NCBI RefSeq assembly: GCF_003334765.1
Contig: NZ_QOWT01000001.1
Source: Escherichia coli
Lineage (GTDB): Bacteria > Pseudomonadota > Gammaproteobacteria > Enterobacterales > Enterobacteriaceae
DNA: 64,000 nucleotides
Direction: 5' to 3' (one strand)
Under the pieces are notes generated by a model. The model was not told the origin of the DNA. It was given only the letters and a program-made list of their open reading frames with translations, and ran no database searches. Shown here piece by piece: positions 42,181 to 51,972 of the stretch; within the stretch, counting starts at the first letter, position 1, and every line of letters starts with the position of its first letter. A program made the position numbers and the translations under genes.

Positions 42181-42992
42181 GACAGTTGATCCAGCTTGTC
42201 GCGAAAACCGGTAACAGAAATGGCCCGGTTATCGGCGCGCCAGCGATCTTTCGCGGCAGGAGCCGAACTTTGCACCCCAATTAATTGCCAGCCGTCATCG
42301 GTATGCAACATCAGAGGCGAACCGCTGTCACCCGGCAAGGTATCGCACTGATGTGACATCACCGACGTTTGCGCCCAGCCAGTCACTTCACAGTTTTGAT
42401 GACTGTACAACGTATCGAGATGATCTTCAGGGTAGCCTGCCTGAGTCACTTTACGACCTGCCGCTTTTAATGCGGCGGTAAGCGCGGCTTTATCTCCCTC
42501 AAATAACGGCAACGGCGTAATGCCAGAAGGGGGATTACGTAGCACAATCAATCCGAAGTCCCACGGCGCGGCTGCGGGAGGTACAATCCAACCATCCCCA
42601 TCTGCTTTTAACCGCTTTCCCAGTGTCGGATCAACGCGGCCTTCTATGTCGTGGATCTCATAGCGCCAAAGACCTTTATTTGACACAAAACGCAGCGCCA
42701 CTGCTTTATCGGCTTTACCCTTTGGAGGTGTCAATAAACAGTGTCCTGCCGTTAATGCCAGATTGGGTGCAATCAGCGTCGCCGTACATAAATTGCCGCT
42801 GGCCGTTTCCAGTTGCCCAACCGCATCCCACGGTGATTGGGTCGTGTCATTCACTGGCACACGATCATCATGACCAAAAAACAGGGTGCTGACCTCATCG
42901 TTTGCCGATCTGGCAACGTCTGGTTTATCTGCAAACACAAAAGCAGACGTCAAACTAATTGCACCCAACACTACAGCAATGGTTGTACGCAT
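42171..42992 (-). CDS. ydgD: trypsin-like serine protease (secreted)
   Basis: 273-aa ORF with signal peptide; TAGHC and GDSGSP catalytic motifs. Confidence 0.9.
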
Positions 42993-43091
42993 ATCACACT
43001 CTGGTGGGTAATTATGATTATTAAAAGCAAACCCTCATAAATACTATAGACGGGACGGGATGAAAGTGGGAGTAAAATCAGATAACTACAA

Positions 43092-43175
43092 TCAGGAAAG
43101 ATAAAAACGGGCGGCAATCAGTGCGCATAAAATAAGGATGATCAGAATGAACTCAAAGCGATAACGGCCCACCAT
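43092..43175 (-). CDS. ydgU: small hydrophobic protein YdgU (27 aa)
   Basis: manual translation of the minus strand gives MVGRYRFEFILIILILCALIAARFYLS then stop; below the ORF-track length cutoff. Confidence 0.6.
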   Translation of the reverse strand: MVGRYRFEFILIILILCALIAARFYLS

Positions 43176-43267
43176 ACTACCCTCCGCTAAAGGCGGTGCT
43201 AAACGTTACCCGCTTAGCACCGTAATTTTCAGGCGCGAGGGGGCGCGCCAGCATTACTGTTGAAAAC

Positions 43268-43576
43268 TTACGCTGCGGGTTGTGCAGCAGGTTTTGCCGG
43301 TTGCTGATGGCTGTGTTTCTTGGCGTGTTTCTTCGCTGCCTGCGCTTTTTGTTCAGGGGCTTTCTGTTCAGCTTTCGTATTTTTATGATGCTTTTTAGCC
43401 GCCTGCGCTTTCTGGGCAGGTGCTGCTTTATGCTGTTTTTTATGATGTGTAGTTTTCGCCGGCGCTGCTTTGGTGGTCGTCGCAGTCGGAGCAGGTGTGG
43501 TCGTAGTCTCTGCAGCAAAGGCGGCAGAAGACAGACCCATAGCAGCGGCAACAACCAGAGCTAATACTTTTTTCAT
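43268..43576 (-). CDS. asr: acid shock protein
   Basis: start placed at [21 protein letters not shown] (signal peptide) giving 102 aa; Lys/Ala/His-rich repeats. Confidence 0.9.
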   Translation of the reverse strand: MKKVLALVVAAAMGLSSAAFAAETTTTPAPTATTTKAAPAKTTHHKKQHKAAPAQKAQAAKKHHKNTKAEQKAPEQKAQAAKKHAKKHSHQQPAKPAAQPAA

Positions 43577-43961
43577 TGTCATACCCTCAATTTGTTTTTT
43601 CATTTAACCCCACTGCGGGGCCGTTGAAATAACTATATCCCTGGGAATGGCAGACTTCCGTGAGTGGTTGGTTTCAGCGTGTAACGATATGTACAAACGC
43701 TGAATAAATTACAGCGTTGATAATAACGTATTGTGACTTAAGGGAAATTTAGCTACCAATAATAGTAGTCTTGATCGGGTTAACTATTTTACTACTTACA
43801 AAGCAGTAGAATAACTGCGCATCAGTAATAAATGACACACAGCAAAATGAATCCGTTTATTTGGGTACTTATAATCCTGATGACGCTAGACGCGCTGCGG
43901 GAATTGGCTGGCGCTTCGTCTATTTTAGGATGGCTATTAACGTTGGTTTGAGCTGGCAATA

Positions 43962-43999
43962 AGTCCGGACGGGTATTTACCGCAGTCCGGACTTATTTT
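43962..43999. terminator. hairpin immediately downstream of ynfM stop, with T-run on the plus strand
   Basis: aagtccggac/gtccggactt stem followed by attttt on the plus strand. Confidence 0.5.
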
Positions 44000-45253
44000 T
44001 CAGGCGTGCAGACGACGATGCAAACGCGTCCCGACCAGCAGAGCAATGACCAGCATCAGAGCAATAAATGCGCCGACGCCGTTCCAGCCATAGTTATGCC
44101 AGAAAACACCACCCAGCGTCCCGGCAATACTCGACCCCAGATAGTAACTGAACAGATACAGCGAGGAGGCCTGGCCTTTAGCGCGTTTTGCGCGGGGGCC
44201 GATCCAGCTGCTGGCTACTGAGTGGGCTGCGAAGAATCCTGCTGAGAAGAGTAACATTCCGGCAAAGATCAGCCACAGCGAGCTGAATAAGGTCATCAGT
44301 AAACCAAACAGCATAACCCCCGTCGAAAACAACATCACTGGACCACGCCCATAGCGGGTGGTCATGGTTCCGGCTTTGGGTGAGCTCCATGTACCGGTCA
44401 AATAAGCCAGCGATAATAAGCCAACCACGGCCTGACTGACATGCCAGGGGGAGAGCATCAACCGATAGCCGATGTAATTAAACAGCGTGACGAACGACCC
44501 CATCAGCAAAAAGCCTTCTGCGAACAATAACGGTAATCCCCGGTCACGCCAGTGCAGACGAAAGTTGATAAACAACGTCTTAGGGCGCAGCGAAGTCGGG
44601 CGAAAATGGCGTGATTCAGGGAGGATTTTCCAGAACATCAACGCCGAGGCCAGCGCGAAACAACCGATTGCCGCCAGAGCAATTCGCCAGTTGAAAAAGT
44701 CCGTGAAGACACCGCTAATTAAGCGTCCGCTCATGCCGCCAATTGAGTTGCCGCTGATATACAACCCCATTGAAAAGGCCACGAAACTGGGATGGATTTC
44801 CTCGCTAAGATAAGTCATGCCAACAGCTGCCACGCCACTTAACGAAAGCCCAATCAAGGCGCGCATAATCAAAATGCCGTGCCAGCTGGTCATCATTGTC
44901 GAAAGTAACGTACAAATGGAGGCCAACAGTAGCGCCGTGACCATCACTGGTTTGCGACCAATGGCATCGGATAGCGGGCCAGTAAACAGCAAACCAATAG
45001 CCAACATCGCCGTGGAAATGGACAGTGAAATACTACTGTTCGCGGGGGTTAAGCCAAACTCCTGCGAAAGCACCGGAAGGATAGGCTGCACACAATAGAG
45101 AAGTGCAAATGTTGCCAGTCCGGCAGAGAACAGCGCCAGGGTGACGCGCATAAATTGCGGCGTACCGCGTTTAATAAATTGATTTGGCTGAGAAATGCTT
45201 TGCTTGTCAGTGTCGCTTGCCGGAGCGCCATCAACAGTTGTAGTACGGCTCAC
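44000..45253 (-). CDS. ynfM: MFS transporter
   Basis: 417-aa ORF, 12-TM MFS topology. Confidence 0.9.
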   Translation of the reverse strand: MSRTTTVDGAPASDTDKQSISQPNQFIKRGTPQFMRVTLALFSAGLATFALLYCVQPILPVLSQEFGLTPANSSISLSISTAMLAIGLLFTGPLSDAIGRKPVMVTALLLASICTLLSTMMTSWHGILIMRALIGLSLSGVAAVGMTYLSEEIHPSFVAFSMGLYISGNSIGGMSGRLISGVFTDFFNWRIALAAIGCFALASALMFWKILPESRHFRPTSLRPKTLFINFRLHWRDRGLPLLFAEGFLLMGSFVTLFNYIGYRLMLSPWHVSQAVVGLLSLAYLTGTWSSPKAGTMTTRYGRGPVMLFSTGVMLFGLLMTLFSSLWLIFAGMLLFSAGFFAAHSVASSWIGPRAKRAKGQASSLYLFSYYLGSSIAGTLGGVFWHNYGWNGVGAFIALMLVIALLVGTRLHRRLHA

Positions 45254-45359
45254 TTGAAATCCTTGCTAAATATGCCTGTAGATCAGGCTTATACATAGGG
45301 TAGGAAAATCGAATTGTTCTGTCTAATATATTAATAATCTCAAATAAGATGTTTTAAAT

Positions 45360-46253
45360 ATGAATATTGAACTTCGTCATCTGCGTTACTTTGTTGCTGT
45401 TGCGGAAGAGCTGCATTTCGGGCGCGCCGCTGCCCGCCTGAATATTTCGCAACCGCCGCTAAGTCAGCAGATTCAGGCGCTGGAGCAACAAATTGGTGCC
45501 CGACTGCTGGCACGAACCAATCGCAGTGTATTGCTGACGGCAGCAGGAAAACAGTTTCTTGCAGATAGTCGGCAAATCCTGTCTATGGTGGATGACGCTG
45601 CCGCTCGCGCTGAAAGGCTGCATCAGGGTGAAGCGGGGGAGTTGCGCATTGGTTTTACTTCGTCGGCTCCTTTTATTCGGGCGGTGTCCGATACGTTATC
45701 GCTGTTTCGCCGTGATTATCCTGATGTCCATTTACAAACCCGCGAAATGAACACTCGCGAGCAAATCGCTCCGCTCATTGAAGGAACGCTGGATATGGGA
45801 TTGCTGCGTAACACAGCGTTACCGGAGTCGCTTGAACACGCAGTCATCGTCCATGAACCGCTTATGGCGATGATCCCGCACGATCATCCCCTGGCAAATA
45901 ACCCGAATGTAACGCTGGCTGAACTGGCGAAAGAACCCTTTGTCTTTTTTGATCCGCACGTCGGGACAGGGCTGTATGACGATATTCTCGGGCTGATGCG
46001 ACGTTACCATTTGACGCCCGTCATCACTCAGGAGGTGGGCGAGGCAATGACCATCATCGGTCTGGTTTCCGCCGGTCTGGGTGTTTCAATTTTGCCTGCG
46101 TCATTTAAACGTGTTCAGCTCAACGAAATGCGCTGGGTGCCGATTGCTGAAGAGGATGCGGTTTCTGAAATGTGGTTGGTCTGGCCGAAACATCATGAAC
46201 AAAGTCCGGCTGCGCGTAACTTTCGTATTCATCTGCTGAATGCTCTCAGGTGA
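45360..46253 (+). CDS. ynfL: LysR-family transcriptional regulator
   Basis: 297-aa ORF MNIELRHLRYFVAVAEELHFGRAAARLNISQPPLSQQIQALE (LysR HTH); divergent from ynfM. Confidence 0.9.
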   Translation: MNIELRHLRYFVAVAEELHFGRAAARLNISQPPLSQQIQALEQQIGARLLARTNRSVLLTAAGKQFLADSRQILSMVDDAAARAERLHQGEAGELRIGFTSSAPFIRAVSDTLSLFRRDYPDVHLQTREMNTREQIAPLIEGTLDMGLLRNTALPESLEHAVIVHEPLMAMIPHDHPLANNPNVTLAELAKEPFVFFDPHVGTGLYDDILGLMRRYHLTPVITQEVGEAMTIIGLVSAGLGVSILPASFKRVQLNEMRWVPIAEEDAVSEMWLVWPKHHEQSPAARNFRIHLLNALR

Positions 46254-46387
46254 GGGAAATTTCAGCGAAAAAGCCCGAAAAATGTGCTGTTAATCACATG
46301 CCTAAGTAAAAATTTGACGACACGTATTGAAGTGCTTCACCATAGCCTACAGATTATTTCGGAGCGCGAAAATATAGGGAGTATGCG

Positions 46388-47608
46388 GTGGTTGCTGAAA
46401 ACCAGCCTGGGCACATTGATCAAATAAAGCAGACCAACGCGGGCGCGGTTTATCGCCTGATTGATCAGCTTGGTCCAGTCTCGCGTATCGATCTTTCCCG
46501 TCTGGCGCAACTGGCTCCTGCCAGTATCACTAAAATTGTCCGTGAGATGCTCGAAGCACACCTGGTGCAAGAGCTGGAAATCAAAGAAGCGGGGAACCGT
46601 GGCCGTCCGGCGGTGGGGCTGGTGGTTGAAACTGAAGCCTGGCACTATCTTTCTCTGCGCATTAGTCGCGGGGAGATTTTCCTTGCTCTGCGCGATCTGA
46701 GCAGCAAACTGGTGGTGGAAGAGTCGCAGGAACTGGCGTTAAAAGATGACTTGCCATTGCTGGATCGTATTATTTCCCATATCGATCAGTTTTTTATCCG
46801 CCACCAGAAAAAACTTGAGCGTCTAACTTCGATTGCCATAACCTTGCCGGGAATTATTGATACGGAAAATGGTATTGTACATCGCATGCCGTTCTACGAG
46901 GATGTAAAAGAGATGCCGCTCGGCGAGGCGCTGGAGCAGCATACCGGCGTTCCGGTTTATATTCAGCATGATATCAGCGCATGGACGATGGCAGAGGCCT
47001 TGTTTGGTGCCTCACGCGGGGCGCGCGATGTGATTCAGGTGGTTATCGATCACAACGTGGGGGCGGGCGTCATTACCGATGGTCATCTGCTACACGCAGG
47101 CAGCAGTAGTCTCGTGGAAATAGGCCACACACAGGTCGACCCGTATGGGAAACGCTGTTATTGCGGGAATCACGGCTGCCTCGAAACCATCGCCAGCGTG
47201 GACAGTATTCTTGAGCTGGCACAGCTGCGTCTTAATCAATCCATGAGCTCGATGTTACATGGACAACCGTTAACCGTGGACTCATTGTGTCAGGCGGCAT
47301 TGCGCGGCGATCTACTGGCAAAAGACATCATTACCGGGGTGGGCGCGCATGTCGGGCGCATTCTTGCCATCATGGTGAATTTATTTAACCCACAAAAAAT
47401 ACTGATTGGCTCACCGTTAAGTAAAGCGGCAGATATCCTCTTCCCGGTCATCTCAGACAGCATCCGTCAGCAGGCCCTTCCTGCGTATAGTCAGCACATC
47501 AGCGTTGAGAGTACTCAGTTTTCTAACCAGGGCACGATGGCAGGCGCTGCACTGGTAAAAGACGCGATGTATAACGGTTCTTTGTTGATTCGTCTGTTGC
47601 AGGGTTAA
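46388..47608 (+). CDS. mlc: ROK-family global repressor Mlc (DgsA)
   Basis: 406-aa ORF with GTG start, MVAENQPGHIDQIKQTNAGAVYRLIDQLGPVSRIDL. Confidence 0.92.
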   Translation: MVAENQPGHIDQIKQTNAGAVYRLIDQLGPVSRIDLSRLAQLAPASITKIVREMLEAHLVQELEIKEAGNRGRPAVGLVVETEAWHYLSLRISRGEIFLALRDLSSKLVVEESQELALKDDLPLLDRIISHIDQFFIRHQKKLERLTSIAITLPGIIDTENGIVHRMPFYEDVKEMPLGEALEQHTGVPVYIQHDISAWTMAEALFGASRGARDVIQVVIDHNVGAGVITDGHLLHAGSSSLVEIGHTQVDPYGKRCYCGNHGCLETIASVDSILELAQLRLNQSMSSMLHGQPLTVDSLCQAALRGDLLAKDIITGVGAHVGRILAIMVNLFNPQKILIGSPLSKAADILFPVISDSIRQQALPAYSQHISVESTQFSNQGTMAGAALVKDAMYNGSLLIRLLQG

Positions 47609-47732
47609 CATTTTTTAACTGTTCTACCAAAATTTGCGCTATCTCAATTTGGGCCAGGAAAGCATAACTTAGACTTTCAAGGTTAATTATTTTCCTGGTT
47701 TATATTTGTGAAGCATAACGGTGGAGTTAGTG

Positions 47733-48428
47733 ATGCTGAAGCGTTTCTTTATTACCGGTACAGACACTTCTGTAGGGAAAACGGTGGTTTCCCGCGCATT
47801 GCTACAAGCGTTAGCCTCCCAGGGAAAAACGGTTGCGGGATATAAACCCGTAGCGAAGGGGAGCAAAGAGACACCCGAAGGGCTGCGTAATAAAGATGCC
47901 CTGGTGTTGCAGAGTGTTTCAACCATCGAACTGCCTTATGAAGCAGTTAATCCTATCGCGTTAAGCGAAGAAGAAAGTAGCGTGGCGCACAGTTGCCCAA
48001 TCAATTACACCCTCATTTCAAACGGCCTGGCAAACCTGACCGAAAAAGTCGATCATGTCGTGGTAGAAGGGACTGGCGGCTGGCGCAGTCTGATGAATGA
48101 TTTGCGTCCACTCTCTGAATGGGTAGTGCAGGAACAACTGCCGGTGTTGATGGTTGTCGGTATTCAGGAAGGTTGCATTAACCATGCACTGCTAACAGCT
48201 CAGGCGATCGCCAACGACGGGCTGCCGCTCATTGGCTGGGTGGCTAACCGAATCAACCCAGGACTGGCGCATTATGCGGAAATCATTGATGTGCTGGGTA
48301 AAAAACTTCCGGCACCGCTCATTGGTGAACTGCCTTATCTGCCGCGCGCCGAACAGCGTGAACTGGGGCAATACATCCGCTTAGCTATGCTGCGCAGTGT
48401 GCTGGCGGTAGATAGAGTCACGGTGTAA
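47733..48428 (+). CDS. ynfK: dethiobiotin synthetase paralog (BioD-like)
   Basis: start placed at [17 protein letters not shown] (P-loop) within the 235-aa ORF; exact start uncertain. Confidence 0.85.
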
Positions 48429-49637
48429 CGTCCGCGAAATTACCGACGCAATTACGCAGGCAATCAATAAACCGGGGAGTAGCTGATACTCCCCGGTCAT
48501 TTCACATATCATCAACGTCGACATAATCGGCGCGTGCGTGGTCGCCGCCAACAGTGTCGCCATCCCGGTCAATCCGAGTAAAAGTGTAATTTCTTCGCCA
48601 TCAGGGAACCATAATCCCAGGCTACGACCATACAACATGCCAATGGCAAGACCGATAAATAGCGTCGGTGTAAAGACCCCACCGGGTGCGCCGGAACCGC
48701 TACTCGCCAGCACGGCACACAGTTTACAAAGGAAGATCCCGGCAATGATCATTAACAGTGGTGGGGCGGTTAAAAAGGATTGTACGGTGCTATAGCCGTT
48801 GCCCCACACTGCAGGTGTGAACAGGGAAAGCAGACCCACGATCAACCCGCCTAGTGCCAGTTGCCAGGGCGGCGCAAGTTTGAGACTCACAAATCCACGA
48901 TGACAGGCGTTCATTAACGTTAACAACAGTGGTCCGCACAGACCTGCCAGCACACCTGTACTGATAATCAGCGCATAGTCACGAGCCTGAACCGTCACTG
49001 AGAGTTGTACGTTGTAGAGTAACGCGTCGCTATGATTAATCAGATTGCTAACCAGCAATGCCACGACGGCGGAAATAATCACCGGGCCGAGAGAGGCCAA
49101 CATCATAGTGCCAAACAGCACTTCGGCTATAAATAAACTGCCAGCAAGCGGGGCACGATAGGCCGCAGCCATTCCCGCCGCGGCCCCACAGGCGATCCAT
49201 AATTTCCACTCCTGGCGTGGCGTAAAACGTTGGGCAAAACAGGAGGCGGCAAGGGCAGCTAAAAGAATCATCGCACCTTCGCGACCAATTGCACTGCCGC
49301 TGGTTACTACCAGCAGAGAGGCAAGCGATTTAACCAGGCTTGCTGCGTAATCGAACTGTCCATCGGTTTGCAACGCTTCCATATAATCGGTCGGCGCATG
49401 AGGGCGTTGTTGGGTAAATTTCTGCCAGCCCATCAGCAACAAACCCGCCGCCAGTCCGCCGAGCGCCGGAGTTAGCAACCGTCGCCAGGGGGAAAGGTTT
49501 GTCGCTGCATTGACCAGACTGCCGGAGTCATTATTGAGGAACAACCACTCCAGTAGCAGCATCGCATGACGAAACCCGGCAACGGCAAAGGCCGCGAGAA
49601 TACCGACGACTGTTGCGATAAGCAGACGGCGGAACAT
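48381..49637 (-). CDS. clcB: ClC-family voltage-gated chloride channel
   Basis: start placed at [19 protein letters not shown] within the 438-aa ORF, giving 418 aa; GxGIP-type motifs. Confidence 0.88.
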   Translation of the reverse strand: MFRRLLIATVVGILAAFAVAGFRHAMLLLEWLFLNNDSGSLVNAATNLSPWRRLLTPALGGLAAGLLLMGWQKFTQQRPHAPTDYMEALQTDGQFDYAASLVKSLASLLVVTSGSAIGREGAMILLAALAASCFAQRFTPRQEWKLWIACGAAAGMAAAYRAPLAGSLFIAEVLFGTMMLASLGPVIISAVVALLVSNLINHSDALLYNVQLSVTVQARDYALIISTGVLAGLCGPLLLTLMNACHRGFVSLKLAPPWQLALGGLIVGLLSLFTPAVWGNGYSTVQSFLTAPPLLMIIAGIFLCKLCAVLASSGSGAPGGVFTPTLFIGLAIGMLYGRSLGLWFPDGEEITLLLGLTGMATLLAATTHAPIMSTLMICEMTGEYQLLPGLLIACVIASVISRTLHRDSIYRQHTAQHS

Positions 49638-49831
49638 AGTGCGCAGATCCGGATAGATGTGTAGATGATGCATGAGCAGAAATGGGCAATGAAACACGGG
49701 CGACTATTTTGCGGCAAAAGAGGCCAGCCGCAAAAGCAGTGCGTGCTTTAAGAGATAAAAAAACGTGACACTGTAACCTATTATTGCCGGATTGCGCGTA
49801 ATCGTCACCATCCGGCAATATTACGGTGATC

Positions 49832-50446
49832 CTATCGAAACAGCGGTTTAACCGCGACAGGAATTAACAGTTGTGATTGCCATTGCGCCAGCGTTAAGCG
49901 AGCCAGTTCACCCAGTGCACGGTAGAAAGGGTGTTCTGCTTTTTCGATAAAAACATCAAGAAAACGTGTTGACCACGGAAAAAGGTGCCATGCCAGCAAT
50001 TCTTCGCATTCTGTCTGGCGACCATTCTCCGCCAACCACGCAGCCATCAACAGCAGTGAACCAAAATGATCTTCCGGTTCGTTTTGCTTCATTTCAAACT
50101 GAATGCCTTTCTCGCGCATCCACTGACGAAGTGCCAATGTTGAATCGCCAAACAGCACAGATTCGCGATCCAGCCAGACCGACCCCCACGGCGGAGACGG
50201 CAGTGCCCACGGGCCGACAAACAAACGCTGCCAGGCCTGGGCGTGAGTCTCTTCACACTGTGTCTGAAAAGCCGTCACCAGCGGCGCTAATGACGCTTCT
50301 GGTAGAGGCCACTGAGTTTCCCAGCCGTCACTGGTGAGTACCGCAACCAGAGGTGCGGCTTCCGCACTCTCTGGAGCGTAATAAAACAGCGCGCCCAACA
50401 CGCGCGCCGCGACAGAAAAATTATCTTGCTGTGAAAAATGGGTCAT
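49832..50446 (-). CDS. dmsD: Tat proofreading chaperone DmsD
   Basis: start placed at MTHFSQQDNFSVAARVLGALFYY giving 204 aa. Confidence 0.9.
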   Translation of the reverse strand: MTHFSQQDNFSVAARVLGALFYYAPESAEAAPLVAVLTSDGWETQWPLPEASLAPLVTAFQTQCEETHAQAWQRLFVGPWALPSPPWGSVWLDRESVLFGDSTLALRQWMREKGIQFEMKQNEPEDHFGSLLLMAAWLAENGRQTECEELLAWHLFPWSTRFLDVFIEKAEHPFYRALGELARLTLAQWQSQLLIPVAVKPLFR

Positions 50447-50488
50447 TCCTAACATCCTGAAATGTGCGGGTTGCCCCGCACCAATTTG

Positions 50489-51343
50489 TTAACCTGCAAT
50501 AGCCATTCCTACTGTCATGTGCAGGCCATAAAAGAGCACACGCCCGATCATCTCACCGCCAAGTATGAGGATTAGCCCCAGAATAAGTCCGGCAACGTGA
50601 GGTTCACGGCGACGAATGAGCGGGCAAAGCCAGCATCCAAGACCTGCGCATAACAATACCACACGCCAGACCTGTAAGGAGGCGTAATCTGGTACCAGTG
50701 CGCTGGCTTGTTGCACGGATGAGTGAATAGACGCCAGAGACAAACCTTGCAGCACAATCACCCCGGCACAAGCGATCAGCGCCAGAACGCTAATGATGGC
50801 AAATGGTGTGGTATTAAATGTAACGCGAGCTGCCCGCAGAATTGCGGCAGCAAGTATTGGACCGCTCAACAATACCGTCAGGAAGAAAGCCAGCGTAGTG
50901 TAACCGTTATGCCAGGTTGGCACGGTGTCGATTTGATACACGCAGGTCATCATCCAGACGAAAATGACGCCGAGCGCCATGCTGAAAAGTAACCAGAGTT
51001 TCCCCAACGCTTGCGGCATTTTACCGATGACTGCCACCAGCCACCATAATCCGCCAACGGCAAAAAATATGGAACCGGCAGCAATCTCGTTACTCAGACC
51101 AGAAGCTCCGATTCGATTCAGCGAGTTAAACGCCCGCAGTGGCGATCCCAGGTGCATGACAGAGGCAATAAACCCGACGCCCATCAACAGCCAGAGGAAA
51201 AACATGCCACGGACAATACGCTGACGGTCTGCGTCATTTTTGGCGGCGAACCAGCCAATTCCGCTAACAATCAGCGCGCCTACTACGCATTGACCCAATA
51301 CGGTAAAGATAACCAGTGGCCACTCATGCCATCCATTTCCCAT
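50489..51343 (-). CDS. ynfH: DMSO-reductase-type membrane anchor subunit (DmsC paralog)
   Basis: start placed at MGNGWHEWPLVIFTVLGQC within the 364-aa ORF, giving 284 aa. Confidence 0.88.
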   Translation of the reverse strand: MGNGWHEWPLVIFTVLGQCVVGALIVSGIGWFAAKNDADRQRIVRGMFFLWLLMGVGFIASVMHLGSPLRAFNSLNRIGASGLSNEIAAGSIFFAVGGLWWLVAVIGKMPQALGKLWLLFSMALGVIFVWMMTCVYQIDTVPTWHNGYTTLAFFLTVLLSGPILAAAILRAARVTFNTTPFAIISVLALIACAGVIVLQGLSLASIHSSVQQASALVPDYASLQVWRVVLLCAGLGCWLCPLIRRREPHVAGLILGLILILGGEMIGRVLFYGLHMTVGMAIAG

Positions 51344-51344
51344 T

Positions 51345-51962
51345 TTACACTTCCTCCGGATTAGCCAGATAACCAGTGGTATCGCCGGTCGGGCGGCTGT
51401 TGGCGTTAGGTTTGATAACGATATTGGGTTTTGTGAAATGCGCGCGCGGCAGTGGCGCGACGGCAGCAAGAGTGCCGTGCTTCTGGCGCAGCTCTTCAAT
51501 TGGACCGAACTCAAGTGCACGCAGCGGGCAGGATTCGACACATATGGGTTGTTTCCCCTCGGCGACGCGCGAATAACAACCATCGCACTTCGTCATGTGC
51601 CCTTTTTCAGCATTGTACTGTGGCGCGCCGTACGGACAAGCCATGTGGCAGTAGCGGCAGCCGATACAAACATCTTCATCAACCACCACAAAGCCATCTT
51701 CACGCTTATGCATTGCGCCGCTGGGGCAGACTTTTGTACATGCGGGGTCATCGCAATGGTTACAGGAGATGGAGAGATAATAAGCGAACACGTTCTGGTG
51801 CCAGACGCCATTATCTTCCTGCCAGTCGCCGCCAGCGTATTCATAAATACGGCGGAAACTGACTTCCGGGCCAAGATCTTTAAAATCTTTGCACGCCAGT
51901 TCGCAGGTTTTACAGCCAGTACAGCGGCTGGAATCGATAAAAAATCCATATTGTGTGGTCAT
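51345..51962 (-). CDS. ynfG: DMSO-reductase-type 4Fe-4S subunit (DmsB paralog)
   Basis: 205-aa ORF with four Cys clusters. Confidence 0.9.
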   Translation of the reverse strand: MTTQYGFFIDSSRCTGCKTCELACKDFKDLGPEVSFRRIYEYAGGDWQEDNGVWHQNVFAYYLSISCNHCDDPACTKVCPSGAMHKREDGFVVVDEDVCIGCRYCHMACPYGAPQYNAEKGHMTKCDGCYSRVAEGKQPICVESCPLRALEFGPIEELRQKHGTLAAVAPLPRAHFTKPNIVIKPNANSRPTGDTTGYLANPEEV

Positions 51963-51972
51963 GGGCTACTCC

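Noticed and set aside
50489-51583. 364-aa ORF for ynfH with an 80-codon N-terminal extension
   Set aside because: The extension overlaps ynfG in another frame; the membrane-anchor sequence begins at MGNGWHEWPL with the start 1 bp after the ynfG stop.
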